Shown here: positions 29,823-44,800 of the stretch, in pieces
Position numbering within the stretch: the stretch's first letter is position 1
Layout: each line of letters opens with the position of its first letter
DNA from: Catajapyx aquilonaris
Lineage: Eukaryota
Assembly: GCA_000934665.2 (NCBI GenBank)
Contig: KZ537962.1
Location: 1 to 64,000, forward strand
DNA: 64,000 bases
Direction: 5' to 3'
Program-made: the position numbers and the translations under genes
The notes under the pieces: model-generated
Databases searched by the model: none
What the model saw: only the letters and a program-made list of their open reading frames with translations
What the model was told of the DNA's origin: nothing

Positions 29823-32800
29823 GTCAGCTTCAATGTCGCAGAGATGAGATGTCGAGAGAGCCTCCTGTCGTGTGTCATAGGCCTACATCCTGGACCGGAG
29901 AACGAGGTCATAATGGCCAATTTGTATGCTGTAGCTCAGCAGCCTGTAGGGTGCAGAATTATGGAATGCACTGCATATTTCACACTCACTGGTTGGTAAA
30001 GATGGTTGATGACTCCATGTCATGGTGAGTTTTTGATCATGTTTGCTAGCAGGGATACCATAGATATCATGCTCCGCATCTTATTCTATTTTAATGTACA
30101 ATACGTATTGTCTTGAACAAATCGCTCCAAGGCATTTCTACATTGTAGGCGTTTATGTAAGCTTATTTGCTCTCAATTCAGATTTACTTACAACTTGTGA
30201 ACAGCTTGTAACTCATCGTATTTCCGTTTTTCTCCTCGGCTGGAGCTCCGAAAATCAGATCCGACCAAACTATTCTTATCTCTTACCCACACCCGTCGAA
30301 CTTGCTCCCTGTTTTGCCACGGCCTTCTGGGTCCATTGTACTCGAGGACGGTTTTCTGGGTGAGCGCGATACATGGCAATTCCTCGTAATCCGCATTGTT
30401 ACGTCTGAGCTGGCACAAGGGGATTTTTACCTCCTTGCAACTTGCAAGTATCACCCGCCTCCTCGATGTTCCTTTCGAACTTTGCAGACGTCAACTTTTT
30501 ATTACCGGGAGAATCGATAAGGGCCCTTGAGAGGCAGGGCTTTAATTAACACGTGCCTGTAGATAGTTACGGTCCTTTCACACTATTCTATTTCGCTGCT
30601 TGAGATAGTAACCCTTTGGGATCAGTAAAGTTGAAAACGAATTCTATTGCAGGGCTAGAAGTATTATATAGGGTCAACGTGGGTTTTAAGATCGTGTCTC
30701 AGCTTGTGCAAACTGACACATTTAATTAGGAACGTGAAATTAAAGAATCCGTCGTTACGGAAATGAGTCGCTCGCAGTATAAACTTTACATGTCGTTTGG
30801 GTAGAATGGGCATGCTTCGAAGCGAGTGATAACACAAGCAACAATGGAAACTGCTATGGCCTTATTCCCTGATTCTTCTCGGGTAATGCAATAAAATTGT
30901 ACTTGAAGGCTTAGAGGGCATTACAGTACCCTTTCAAGCAGCGTTTATGTCTGACAGAATTATTTTGGACGAACCGTGGGCTTGGTCAAGTACTGGATTT
31001 CAGCACCATGCTGGCGTAAACGTCGAAGATGGCTTCCTGACTGTAAAGTCGCACGGTGATAATGCTGGTTTCAAAATACATCCACTTCAGTGTACTGTAA
31101 CTGCTAACTAACAACTATCTCATTAGGACTATATGTTCCAAGGTGCGCAGAAGCTCATTGTAAACGCTGGTCGAGAGATACAGCCTGGAGTGTGTTGCAT
31201 TTACATAGGCTGGACCCCAGAGGACGCCACTCAACCTGTGTCCTAATCTAAATCGGATTGGGCGCTGCTTTAGTGCGGTCTGTGCGACTGCGGAATCGCT
31301 GCGATTTCATATTCATGAGTCGAGGGCCTAGACCAAATTGTAATTTATCTGACAGTGTAGTTTACTCCATGGATTTAGCATGGGGTCCGTGTTTTTGTAC
31401 TTGTCATACTGTTTGACTCGGTACTTATGAAAGGGATTAACATCACGGCCGTGTTTTGCACCAGACTTGTATTTTGAGATTTTGAGTATTGGGATCACGT
31501 ACAAAGACAGCACCATCACGCCTAGGTATATATGCAAAGCCTGCGAGCAGAATTCATATGTTGCATTAAAGGGCGCCTGCTGCTCAAAATGAGGCGCAGT
31601 CACCTTCCTGAAGGTGACATCTTGGCCCCCAACAGAGTAAGAAAAATGGCCACTCTGGTGGGCACACATAATCTGGTTAGGCGCAATGGCCCGATGTTTC
31701 TCAATTTCCAGGTGGCATTTGCACGTATGAAAAACCCTCCTACCACACACCTGAAAAGCAAAGGAAAATGCTCATGGGGCTGGCACTATTTCCAGGGTAT
31801 CATTAAGCGACACGTTTTTAATAAGCCTGAAAGTGTCGTGCGTTGTGGTCAGCTCCGTCGGGGAACCCAAATGAAGCTGGACTCGGTGGGGCGTCGCCTG
31901 CATGCAAGTTATATAAGTCCAGTCAACGAAGGAATACGAATTCTGGAATGCAATTTGAGCCGGATTTAACAATGGGCAGTATTGGGTCCAACTTCAGTAA
32001 CATCAATCCTGGACTTAATATTCAAGGAAACGCCTCCCTAGACTGGATGACCACCTGAAAAATGGCTTGACATACTGAATTCGATCCTTCATTTGTAACC
32101 GGAAAGCTCGCTCCTTTTGCACCAGGTTGGGTGAATAGTTGCGTTTCGAACTGAAATCGATGGACTTTTTTCGACCATTTTTTGGGGGAGTTGTATTCCA
32201 TATCTACCAGGCGTGGGAGCCCACAAGAATTCGCCGGCCCTTCCTGATGAATGGGTGCGCATTGTTCCATGTTGGTCCGTTCCAGATATTCCAAGGGCGT
32301 TTATCAGACCGACTTGGTAAGAAATTTAGCGGAGATTATGACAATAAATCTTTTGCGGTTGCTGCGCACTCGTAGGCCCAGGGAAAATGCGGGGAGGGAA
32401 CTTAATGAAAAGTTAGTCTTTCCTGGCGAGCTGACTTCGGTTGTTTGGAGCTTGCGAATCATCAGTCAGGTAGAGCACGGAATGTAATGCCTGAGGGGTA
32501 ATGTGGTGCATTAATTAGCCTGCGATTTATATCCGCACCTTCCGGTTATACGTCGCTGTAATCATTATAATGACCTTTAAAAATTGCCAATTTTCTGCAT
32601 ATGGCAGCGCGTGTAATTTTCAGACTTTTTGGAAGTGTTAAGATGCCAACGAACTGTGATGAGAAAAAAAAAACAGGGCAAGAAAAATAATTATGGTGGG
32701 GATTTTTTCCCTTCCACAGCAAAGGGCTATTGCCATTAATTTTTATGATGGTGGTGCTGCCTCTATTCTCTTATGTGCAGAAAAATAAGGCAGAGACCCC

Positions 32801-35800
32801 CTAGGGAGACTCATTTCTTAGAAAAAAGTCTTTTGCAACTTTTCCTGGTAGTGAACCGGTATAGCTCCGTATGAGATCAAGTTTAGGCCCTTTCATGATA
32901 GTGATTTTTTTTTTTTCTTGGGCTTTTCCTCTGAAAATCTTTCGTAGAGTCTAAAACACGCGATTTGAAATCTCCTCCCCCCTCGATTCCTATTCTCCAG
33001 CCTGCCATTCTTCCACCTCTTCCACCCATTTCAATTCTTGCAGAATTCGTACTGTGAAATAGCAGAAGGGAAAAAAGGAACGGAAATTGAAGTCTGAGTG
33101 AATAATAATTTATCGGAACGGGGCGTGGGAGAAGGTAGTTTGCGAGGATTCCAATATAACTGGAACGAGTGTTGGGAGAGCCCAGTTTTCGTATCCAGAG
33201 TGGCTTCACTTATTTTTTTTCCGCCGCACTTTCACGGTGGCTTATTGTTGTCGAAAGGGTCTGAATCAAAGTGTGAATTTCAAGAGAGAAGACTCATGCA
33301 GTTGTAGCGATTGTCCAAAGAGGTCAGCTTTCACAAATTCCCATATTTGTTCAATGGATTTTGAATTGCAAGCAAGTTGGCACACCCTGTATTTTTTAAA
33401 ATTGAGGGGGGGGGGGGGGGTNAGGGGAAGAAGCTTCTATTTGGATTGCAGCTGAAATGGATAGTGACCCGTGCTCGTTTGTTCGAAACCGATGATAAAC
33501 GAGTAGGAGAAGTGAAAGTAAAAATGGTCAAGTAGGAGGTTGCGGAAGACGAATGGGGCCAAACTGTTGAAGTAGACGGAACATGCTGAGAAATGATTTG
33601 TTGGTCCGTCAAGAGTGGCTGAAAGCACTTGGGCGAGAATTGATCGGAGCTAGGTCCGGGTAATTGAAGATAACTTCCTCTTTCTTTCTTCCACAAATGC
33701 GACGTGAGGAGAGCCCCACTCATAACGGTCGACCTGCGTCGCGTCGTCTTGTCGGGTTTGTTTTGAAGGGAAGTTGCGTCTATCTCTATGGAAAACAATT
33801 TCCTAATTGCTTTACAACGCGATTGTCCCGGGATGCAAATTTCGCCTGCTTGTGCATTCAGTGTGCAAAGTGGAACGAGGTGCTAATTGATCACAGCCAG
33901 AAGTGGGTAGCAGAAAATTGTGGATGAAATATACGCCCAGTGCACAGTTACAGCGATTACTGAAACGTAACACTCTGCACTGGAGTTGGTAGGCAGCGGA
34001 TAATGACGGAATAATTTATTAGTCTAATTGGGTGAGGAGGGTCATGATGCACTTCTGGGGCTGTGTGGTTGAAACATGGGTCGCAGGGGATGCTGTTGTA
34101 GCTCAGAAAAGCTAATGTATCAAGTTGCTAATTCAGGAGATGCTTTCAGTTGCCTGCAAAGAAGCATTTAAATTTAATATTCCGCTCGAGCGATTTTCGG
34201 AGAATAATTTTTTTGCCCATAACTTGAGACAATCTAACTGAAATTTAAAGGATATGTGAACTGCAGGATGTTTGCAGTTTGGAGTTTCTAGATGCCATGC
34301 ACAAAAACTCCCATTGCTGAAAGTTTTTCCATGGGACAAGTCAGTGCCATCCGCGAACAATGCCACTGTCTAGCAAACATTACTAAGCTTTTTTTGACAG
34401 TAGGCTGCCCAAGGGATTTTTCTACCGTGGCAAGAAGGCTGGAAGGGGGCGGAAAACTGCAACTCATCCTTTGGATGGATTTTTGGCGGGGTTTAGTAGC
34501 TGAACGATGGGATGGCGTGCTGTGGGTTTTAAAGCGAGATGGAAGCTGCCTCTGTTGAGAGTGATGAATTACGAGAGGATGGAAGTAGCTGGTGTAGAAG
34601 TTGGCGGGGAGGAACAAGCTTCTGGTATTGTAACACGTCTTCGTCGGGATTGCATGAAGACCAGGACCGTATTTCACCGCCAGCGAAGTTTAGAAAATGT
34701 GGGCAAAGTTTTCTTTGGCTCTCCAGAATGATCGCGAAAAATGAGCCAATATCTGGCACTTCTGAAGGTTTTAGAGCCGAAATGTGTGCCAGAGGCTGGA
34801 AACGAGTTTCCAACCTCTCTAGCTGCTTCTTTTGAGCAGTGTGCGTAAATGCATCGCTCCCTGGGGCCTGCTCTTCCGTGTAATAAAAATGGACTTGTGA
34901 GACTATCAACATCGAGTTAAGTAGTTCATTAATCGCTGCAGGAAAAGTTGATTTGATCAATAATTTTATCTTAGGGTAACTGTAAATGATTTTTTTCTCT
35001 AGTGAGCCCCGGGCAGACTCGTGGGGTACAAAATGAATGTGGAATGTGGCTACTAATTGTTACGATTGGGCCAGTTGCTTCTGAATTATACATTCGTTGG
35101 GACGTTGATAAATCGCTTGAGCGGGCTTATTCAGTATGAGTTGAGTTCGATTTCAGTTACGATATAAAAGCGGCAGTGTCCTTCCAGTCAGATGGTTGAG
35201 TGGTGAGTCACCAAACTTTTACAGCCATTATCGCCCAATTGATCTTACAGTGATCGTTGCTGCTTATAGGCTAACTGATCAGTGCCGTTGGCAATGGAGA
35301 ATGAAGTATCACATCTTCAGTGCACTCCATCGCGGAGAGTCTTATCATAGTGTCTGATAAGAAGCAAAGCGCATATTAGCGATGAAAGGGCACAGAGTAT
35401 AAATATTTGTTCATTGCACTATGAATGTGTAGTTAGGTAAGCGCATTATGACCTCTATTATGTGTGCGCGGCAGAGAGTGCCTGGGAGAAAATCAGAAAA
35501 TTATCTCTGAAATGTAGTCATTGGAGCATGCACTGACGTAAAACTGTAGGGAAACTTAATTGGAACTCCGTTGGGTTCCTCCAGGCCATGCTCTTATCCA
35601 CAGTATGAAATAGCGAACAAAATTAGTTTAAAGGATCTTTGTATAAAGCAATATTTTCTCTGGCGGATGCCAGCAAAAAAAGGCGCAATTGCCTGCCCCA
35701 AGACAGAAATATTGGGAATGGAATCCCTACGTTGACGGAAGCTGCTGTATATGTATAGCAAACATCGGATGCAGAGGTTTAATATCATTTTCCTACAAAG

Positions 35801-38800
35801 TGGCCGCATAGCGGAAAAGCCCCTTTGGTTCTTGATTGGTAGGACAATGAGATTTTTCGTCCCCCCTTTGTGTAGGCGTATCGGAAGCTGCTTTTTTTCC
35901 TTCGTATTCACCTTAAAAGTAGGCCTGGAGGTTGCAGAACAGTATAGAGCGACAGAAGCTTGTCACGAACACATCGCTGCACATGTGGGTTCGAGGCATC
36001 ATTATAGGTCAAACGAAATCTAGAATTTATGATATAGGTTGGATCAGTTGTCTAGTGTGAACGACCCGTCAGAGAGTAGCGACCTCTGGTGTGACATGAG
36101 CAAGTGTAAGAGTTGCGAGGATCTAAGTGTGCTGAGGAAGCAAGGCAGGCCCATAACCAGAAGCAGCCTGAGATTTCCCGGGAGACGCCATCCGTCGCTG
36201 AGGAAACGCTACAGGTAAATGGGGATCGATCCCCACAGATATAATGACGAATGCGGTGCCAGCAGCATATAGGATAAAAGCATAGCGTGCACCAGAGGTC
36301 GGCAAAAGGGTTGTTCCCAAGTGAAAACAAGAACACCCCTCGAGAGCGGGAAAAGGACCGGAAGGGCATCCGCAAGCGTGACGGTCACGCTTCTTGAAAT
36401 AATCATGAGGCGAGTAAAAAGAAGGGTTTCGTGAAAGTAACTTTTCGTTGGTCCAGGGAGCATCTCATGAGGCTTCATCGGGGGTTGTTGTTTTAAAATT
36501 CGGCGCTAACTTGCGCGTAAATAAGGGCACGAAATGCCTGGGGAGTGGGCTGGTATGATGGGAGTTTTTTTTTCTGGTCATGGCCCTCGGGGGGGGGGGT
36601 GGGGGGGGTAGGTTACTGTGCAATTTTTATAGGATGAAGAGGTACTGTTTTGGATGTTCCTAACGGGACTGCGCTGTTGTTGAATAAAAAATATGTAAAT
36701 AGTACAGTGCATCTCTAACCGTATTGTTGGTTTTCGTAAGCATAATATTAGGGTGTATACTGTACAATTCGTGTGCTGCCAGGGGGAGAACGTATTCAAT
36801 GAATTCTAAAGTTCATTTTGGAATCTAATATCGCACAGCGAAATTGTAAAGTCGGGAGACATTTTTTTGTCATTTCAGAATATTCTAGTCCGATGCGGAA
36901 AATGTTAATATCCGTCTGCTTTTCCAAGTTGGATTTTTGCGACAGTAAAATTGTACGAATATATTGAAGTTTTCTTAATATTGCTTAATTTCTTTTTGGC
37001 GTGATTTACAGTTTAGAGCATTATGTGCCATTTAAAATATGTACACCCAACCGGCGAATGTATACCTGATTTTGACGCTAGTCTTGCTCTCTGTTGGTGT
37101 GTATGATTAGGCATATTTTGAAATCCAATATGTCAGTTGAAATGTGGCTATTTATTCAATTTTCGCGATTTTATGTTACACACTGCAATGTACTGTAAAT
37201 GTTCAAAACATTGTCAATGTTGTGGCATGTGCATAAACAAAACTTGGTCGAGGCATGGTGTCATACAACGTTGCGATTTTTTTTGTGTATGTAACATTTC
37301 ATTATGCCCTCTGCCCGTGCAAGTTACGCGAAATTAACGTGACGAGCACGCTGAAAACCACAGCCTGTTCCATCGGTTACTGTACTCGACGTTTGTTCCA
37401 GTGTCCCCCGGCAGCGACGCAATTTCGCCATTAATCAGCATTCCACGCCCGTGCTAATTTCAATTAACCGTGGAAACCTTCCTCGTTGCCCTTCTCTCTC
37501 TCTCTTTCTCTTTCCACCTCTCTACGAAAAGTGCCTGTCCGGATGTCTTGAGTTTCGCGTGATGGATGACTGCGAGCGAGCCAATCTGGCTCTGGCGGAT
37601 AGTGTTTTTCTGGAGACCTTTCAGAGAATGATGCAGGCGTGGGAGGATCCGGGCCTGATGTAGATCCGTGTAGATGCGAACTTGTCACAAAGCGTCGTTC
37701 TCCGACGTCCAAACAGCGAATTTTTAGGCGGAAAACACGTCATTATGAACTGGCGGCAGTTGACACTGATTCTCCATAACGGCGTGTTTTCCTGGGTGTT
37801 TTTCAGACTAACTTGTTTATTAGCGACGTTCCGTCGTTCATGGTTTGTAAACAAGTGGAGGCTGCCAGCCGTGTTTTGACTCATCTTGCCCCTGCCCACA
37901 CGGCCGCATGTGTCTCATGTGAAGCGCTTGGGTTGCGGGTTGCCCAGGATGAACGGTGGTCACTGAATAAGGTGGTGTTTGTTTCATTCACGGAATAGCT
38001 GTGGATACTGCACATATGGGGTGGTTGAACATATATGCACTGCTGGGTTTTGCTATGACAGCTGAAATTGTCCACATCTGAATGAGTATACTTTGTTTAG
38101 GGAAACAGGTTATAATCGGGGCAGAATTATTGTTGACCGTCATGCTTTTCCTTTGTGCCTGCATGGAGATCGATATTGCTGATGTTGGGGGGGAGGGGGG
38201 GGGGCATATGTGATCCGGCTGACTCACGCTGAATGTCGAATGGGTCTTTTTGGTGAGGGGGAACGGGTGTGAGGGTCGTGAAGGGTGCGACAACCCCTTG
38301 GCACTTCTACATGGATGTATTTTGCCGGCTGTTATTACTCCGCTAGTGTATTACCGCAGCTCTTAGCTTCTGTTTTTGTTTTTTTTCACTTTCGTGCTTC
38401 TTCAGGAATCAACCAATCGGGGGCTGTCAACATCCCGACACTTAAGGGCGTATATATGCAGCGTAATTTTTGAAAGAGTTGTCGCATGAAGGTAGGAAGC
38501 CGCTTTTGGCCATGTCGGCGAAGGGCTGTTGTCACCTCGGAAAAGCCTCCGACTGCTGGAGCTGCATAATGGAGTATATTGACAAAGTTCCAGGGCTGGC
38601 TTTGCCGGCGCCTCCTGCGGCAGAGGCATGCCAATGACGTTGATATGGTGAAAAGAGCGGCCTTCTCGCAGTTCAAGTGAGTCGACGGAGAGTATGGAAG
38701 AAGAGTTGCGTAATATTCCCTTACACATTGCATTTTATCCAAATGTGTGGTTGAAAAGCAAATATCTGACTCTACCTGCTAAGGTGCGTGTGTAGCATTC

Positions 38801-41800
38801 ACACAGACATTAACGTAATTCTGTTTATATTAGAGCCAATTCGGCGTCCCCCAGGCGTCCATATAGTATGGAGTTTATGCAAGGACTGCGTCAGGGTGAG
38901 TCCATAAGAAATACGCAGCCGAGTCTGAATATGGCCCTTGGGTTTCCAAAAATGGGACCCGAAAGTGCAGTGCGGAAGAAGAACGTGGACAGTTTTATGC
39001 TCCCCGTTTTTATTTTGCTTCTTGGGCAACTTCGCCAGAGGTTAATTACCTTAGAGGAGGGGGACGCTTTCTTTAATCCTCCCCGTCAGCCAATCAAGAC
39101 TTCCACCATGTCGATTGAGGCGTGCAGAAGCCGTAGGGTACACGTGGGCGGTAGCTACGTGCTTGGATTTCATGTGTTTAAACAAGGTGGAGAGATGGGG
39201 GAGATAATGACGGGTGTAGTTCCCGGTTGATGTTTGACAGAGACGATGCGGACAATGTCGCTTCGGGTGTCACTGTGTTCGGCGAGTTGCATTTTAAAAA
39301 GGAGATAACTAGGACACTGTAGCTTGCAGCGCGCCCCGTTGAAACCATCGGGCTGCTGAAACGTACTGTATGGAGTAATTAGGGCATAAAGTATTGGGTA
39401 TGGGTTCTTTCAAGGAGAGGAATATGGGCGTTGGAGAAACGGTGTCAGGTAGAGTCGTGAAATTCAGTAATTTGGTAGTGATTAGCGAATTTCCGGTGTT
39501 GTGTAACTGAGTACAGGATCCCTTAATGTGATGACACCATTGCGGCTGGAATGTCCACGATGCACATTCGCTTAGGCTCTCACATCCTCTCGTGTTGTGC
39601 TTGAAAGCCGATATGCTTTATAACTACGCTCATGCACCGCTTAGGCTACAGTAAACCATCAAGTTATACAGTACATTTGCTCCTAACTAGTGGTGTGCGT
39701 ATACAACATCCGAGCATGCACCTCCATTTACTGTTACAAAATATTATACAGCATGTCCCCGTGCGCTTTCCGTCTGTATACGAACCAAACTTTGAAATAT
39801 GCACCCTGGCTGTGCAATTAGAGCTTGAAATGATGCATTTCGCACGTCCCTACAGTATATAGTACCAGACAGGCGTGCATGCGAGACAAAGCGTCGGATC
39901 TGGCCTTCTTTGCCCTGCCACTTCCTGGAATCTCAGCTCCATGTTTGACGTTCCTTTCCGCAATTCCAGGGATTCTTACATATCTTTTCCAGGGGCTAAT
40001 TAGGTACTGGGATGCTCTGAGTAGGGGCAGGGGAGTGACAGGGGATGGCGGGAGGCTATTGGAGATGCTGCGGGGTTCAGGGGCCCTGAAACTTTCCGGA
40101 AGGTGAAATGGCTGCCCACGCTCTCATTAATCTGCACTGCATTGCAGATTGTCAGGGCTTCTCTGGGAGTTATATGGGGGTAACTATATCTTGTGGAATG
40201 GGAGTTGAGAGGGTTTTGTTCGGTGGGTTTTGAGGGATTTTGAGTGGCTGATGCGAAACACAACCTAGCTTTTGCAGGCACAAATTAGCGTCTTAATTAG
40301 CGCGTGGTAGCCATTAGTGCGCAGTTTGTTTGCGAAAATTGAGTCGGGTGTTTTTTTTTGGCGGTGCATCGGCTCGACTTGCAGGTTAAGATGCACACAA
40401 GAGCTAGTCAGACTGGAAATCTGATGCTTTGACATGTTGAGTAAAGATGTAATCAAGGACCCCCAAACTTTAGGAGCCACAGTTCGACCGAACGATCAAT
40501 TACGACGTCACTGATTTTAGGCTCTTCATTTCAGATTCTAACTCGATATCGCTAATATACACTAATGCAATATGTAAACAATGACCTGAATTGTAACATG
40601 CATAGTCAATAGCATCCTTGAGGAGTTGGAAAGCTTAACGCAATCTACTCGGTTAATTAGCCTAATTTTAGTAACTAATCGCGCAGTTGGGCTGCACGTA
40701 GGCCTTGGAGCTTTGATGATGCTATTCAAGATGTTATACAGTTTGTGCGGCGGAATGGTTTGGTACACAATCTGTTTTTGAGTGGTTCCGCCTTTTAAGC
40801 GGCTAGCTTCCTTGATAGCCCGGAATTGCTTTTGATCTTTACGTCATTTTGAGAGCTCTTGCCATTTGTCCTTCAGTGCCTCAAAAGCAAACGCCATTTC
40901 AATTTGCTGGACAAAACCAGCCAAGTTAGATGCTACAGTAGAACTGGATCTCGTTTACTCGGGCAGCAGATTGTGATTGCTTGTACACTCGCGGCACGAT
41001 GAAAGGTACAAGCGGCACATTTACGGCCTGAATTAGCATGAGGGCTGCTCTGTATATTCTTCGTGAAATCTATGGCAAGTTTTAATGTGCGGATAGGTCA
41101 ACAGGTCGTCATTACATCACCCAATTATTAGAGCTGTCCAGATTCACATTCCGCACTTAACCCGTAACCATCAGGTCGAATGATAAAAAAAATCGGGTCG
41201 ATTTCATTACCCTAATTAGAATTTTAAAGCGATGGGTCAGCCCTCCCAAAAATGTGACGGGGTATAAACTAATCAGCTTTACGGTATACTGGAGTGTTGC
41301 GGTGACTTAAATCGGAACCATCATGAAGAGGGGGACCTCCCAGTGTTGATTTAACCGCGTCCGCCGCGTGCTATTTGCATTGAATTGGCGGCTGGCCAGA
41401 ACGGCAAAAGGATGAGGAGGTACGTGTGTTTGTACGAGGACCGAATGGTATGGACAGGACCGTCGATGCGGAATTTTCGAGACCGGGGAGCTCGAGTAAC
41501 AAGTGCGATTTTCCCCGGGACCCATGTCTCTCATTACACGCCGATTTGGTGTCCACTGTCAGATACTCCTGATGGATTTTCATCCCAGCACACCTCACAT
41601 TTTCCCCGCACTTGTGTGGGAAACCCAGCATGTTCATGTTCACGCTGGTGGTCTTCCTGTGACGTGGAATAGGGGCTCCGCCGTTGTCATTGATATTTGA
41701 TGAGGGATGGACACTTTTAAAGAGGAAGTCAGCTTTTATGGAGCGATACTTAATTTTTGAATTATTGCGTACAATTGTGGAATTTGTAGACTATCGCGGT

Positions 41801-44800
41801 ATTACAACTAGTCGTTTGGTTTGATCTAAGTAGCCCGTGTTTGTTTGCGGTTGGCAGTAAAATCTGTTCTTGTGGCGTCACTGCTGTGTCGTCGTATGCT
41901 TGAACCGTCTATTTTTCTAATACCCGCACAGCCATAAACCGTCCCTGAGAGCTCGATACTGCGCTATATGGGCATCTGAAAGTAGAGTTCAATAAAAGAG
42001 CAATAAATCTGTAACTGGTACCCTCTCCTCTCGGCAGAAGCTTCGTCGTAAAATCCATAGTGGGGCAGAATAAATACTAAAATATTCATGGTTTTGCCCT
42101 ATACATGGCTTATATTTTTGAACTAACGTAAGGAAGTACATTTCGTAGACTATTGGAGTCATCGAGAGCCTCATTAGCATGCAGGTATGAAACCCGTAGG
42201 CGAAAAGCTATATGCCCACTTTTGGATCGGTACTTGACCTTTTTTTTGGCTGAAACTGGAAATACGGCTGATGTTTCAGTAGGAATCAAGTAGGCCTGCA
42301 CCTATAGAAACCTGATGAGTTTGCTAGACGGTGGCCTTTCCACTCCAGATCCAGGATAAATATTTTATTCCGGAAATTCCTTCGGGAAGCAGGCCCAATG
42401 AATTACTTGCTCCTGGAATTTAATCCCCGTACTTGCTAGTGCAGGTTTGCAATTATGCAAGACTGCCAAACCTTTAAGAGGGCCAGAGTATATGGATGAA
42501 AAAAAGATGGGGTTATGTGGGGGTGCTGGCAAGAGGGATGACTTAATTAGCCTAGGGATGTGGGTGCATTTGGGGGAGGAATAGAGGTGGGTGATGGGTG
42601 GGGAAATGCCAATCGATTGATTTACATCCGTTGGGGAAAGGCAGCCATGTCAGGTGTATACCTGAACCCACATCAAAGGGAAGGTCGTTCTGGGGGGCAT
42701 GGTGATCATGATGGTGTTGGGTAGGCTGGTTCCTTCTTGGTCGTGCGATGATGTACCGATGCGTGCACAAATGGTTACGTGCCCGCTTTTGGGAGAACAC
42801 CAGGATGTTTTGATTTTGGGATCGGCCGTCGTCATAGGGACCGCTAGCCTAATATCGACCAGTACGACTCCATTTTTGTACCGAATTTTGAAGTGGATGA
42901 CACGGGGGTTACGCCTATGTAACCGCAGTCAGCATGCGGGCTCAGTAGGAAAACAGTCGTATGTGCAGCCCCCAGGCTTCCGATACGTCGAAGACCGACC
43001 GACCATCCTTTCATGGAACACGACAGAAACAATGCCGCGTGGACAACTTCATAAAAGCGAGACATGCTTGGAGCGGTCGGGCGACAGTAAACGCTCACTT
43101 TTGGGAACCCATTCAAGAAATGGCGCCTGCAGGGGACATTTTTACCCCTGCACGGCACAGATAAACAGTCGGACTATAGGCTACATAGCGGGGGGTGGTT
43201 ACCGTCATTAATGACATCAACCACACGGGTAATGTGCAAACGTGGGACCAAGGGGTGGTGGGGGCCGCTTTCGATTAGCGAACCAAATGACAGCTGCAAG
43301 TTTTGGGGGGACAAGCCACGCGTGGGTTGTCCCTAATCTAGTTTCCCCCCAACCGCAACCTGCGGGTACTCCACTTAATTGAAGTGTGTCCCTTTGGTGA
43401 TGAACTGTTATCTCAATGAGCCCAGCAAATATTTGCGGACTCATTTTTAAGGGGGGGAGAGAAAACGAAAGTGCTAGGTCGTGGGTAAGAATGTGACCAA
43501 AATTAAAAATTCAAGAACATTGTTGCATGCACATCTTTTGGCCTGCTTGTGACACGGAACATTATTGATGACACCAAGAGGCGTCGCAGCGGAATTATCT
43601 TGGCGAAAGAGTTGGAACCTTAGTCGTTAGTTTATAAATTCTGGGGTGCGGTCTATGGATTATTGAAGATCGAAAAGTGTGCTGGGGTGATAAAAGCCCT
43701 TGCCAAGCGTTTTCATGTCGCCCATGATGGAAGATTATCTCAGGATCCGTGTCAAAATATATGAATGGAGATGGGGAGGGGGTACGGTGTAATTTAGGGT
43801 CTCGGAAAAAGCTTTTTCAGAGTGCGGGGTTGATTTTGCAATAATTCGGATCGATACCGTTCATGATGGGTATTATTTCCGCGCCTCTTGCTCATTAATA
43901 TTCATTGTATGAAAGCACATGCCTCTACAAATCCAATAACGTAATTGCATTCGCTTTCAAATGTCTGGGCTAAAAAGTATCACTCTTGATGGACGAAAAT
44001 TGGTTGCTGGGCACAACAGTTCGTACAAGTCTGGAACTTTGAGCGGTCCTCTGCACAGTAGTACAGTACGTACAACTTTTACAGCGAAAGTCTGGGTGGT
44101 GTCAAAGTTATGCCATTCAAAGTGGCAGGATTGCCAATACCAACATGCAGATAGTAGCCTTCATTTTGCACGATTTTTTTAAGCCCGAAGTTTTAACCTC
44201 GTTAAACGTTCCTCATCCTACAGAAGAGCCTTTCATTTTTGAAATATTGGCCGGCGGGCGAATTATGCAGAAGTTTTCTCCAAAATGAGAGGGCAAAAAG
44301 TGCGGTACTTTCTGAGCGAAATTGGTAAGTTCACTCGGTGTCCGCCGACTGCGCTGCAAAATTAGCCTAAAGCAACAATACAAAGTTTAGGGCCGACTAT
44401 TTGGAGAATGTTGTAGTGGGGGTAAGGATGAGCATAATGGTCCTCCCTGCAAGTCAAAAGAGGAGCAGCTGCCCTCCAGTTACATGCATCGAAAGAGGAG
44501 GCGCATTAAAGGAAATCGTTGAGCCACGAGCACGGACTACACACTATCGGGTACAAAGACATTTCCGGATCGGATGGGGCGCCCGGATATATACGGGCTA
44601 CGATGCCAGCACCTTCCGGACCGCCTAATTATCGGTAATTAGACTTTGAGGTATCGATTGGGGCGCACTCTCTCGATCTTGACGTCCATGCGGAATATGA
44701 CGTCATTGGTGTTGTACGAACAAGCCTGCTATTTTTACGTGCGGAATGTTTTTCTTTTAGGTGATATTTATACAACGTAAACTGCTTGATCTGGGATCCG

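Noticed and set aside
37562..37663. Short ORF MDDCERANLALADSVF... after a CT-rich tract, as an alternative first exon
   Set aside because: No convincing phase-2 donor before its stop. The MDD resemblance to exon 1 is probably coincidental.
44285..44330. ATG...TTG|GTAAGT as an alternative first coding exon
   Set aside because: The donor is phase 1 relative to that ATG, but exon 2 needs phase 2.
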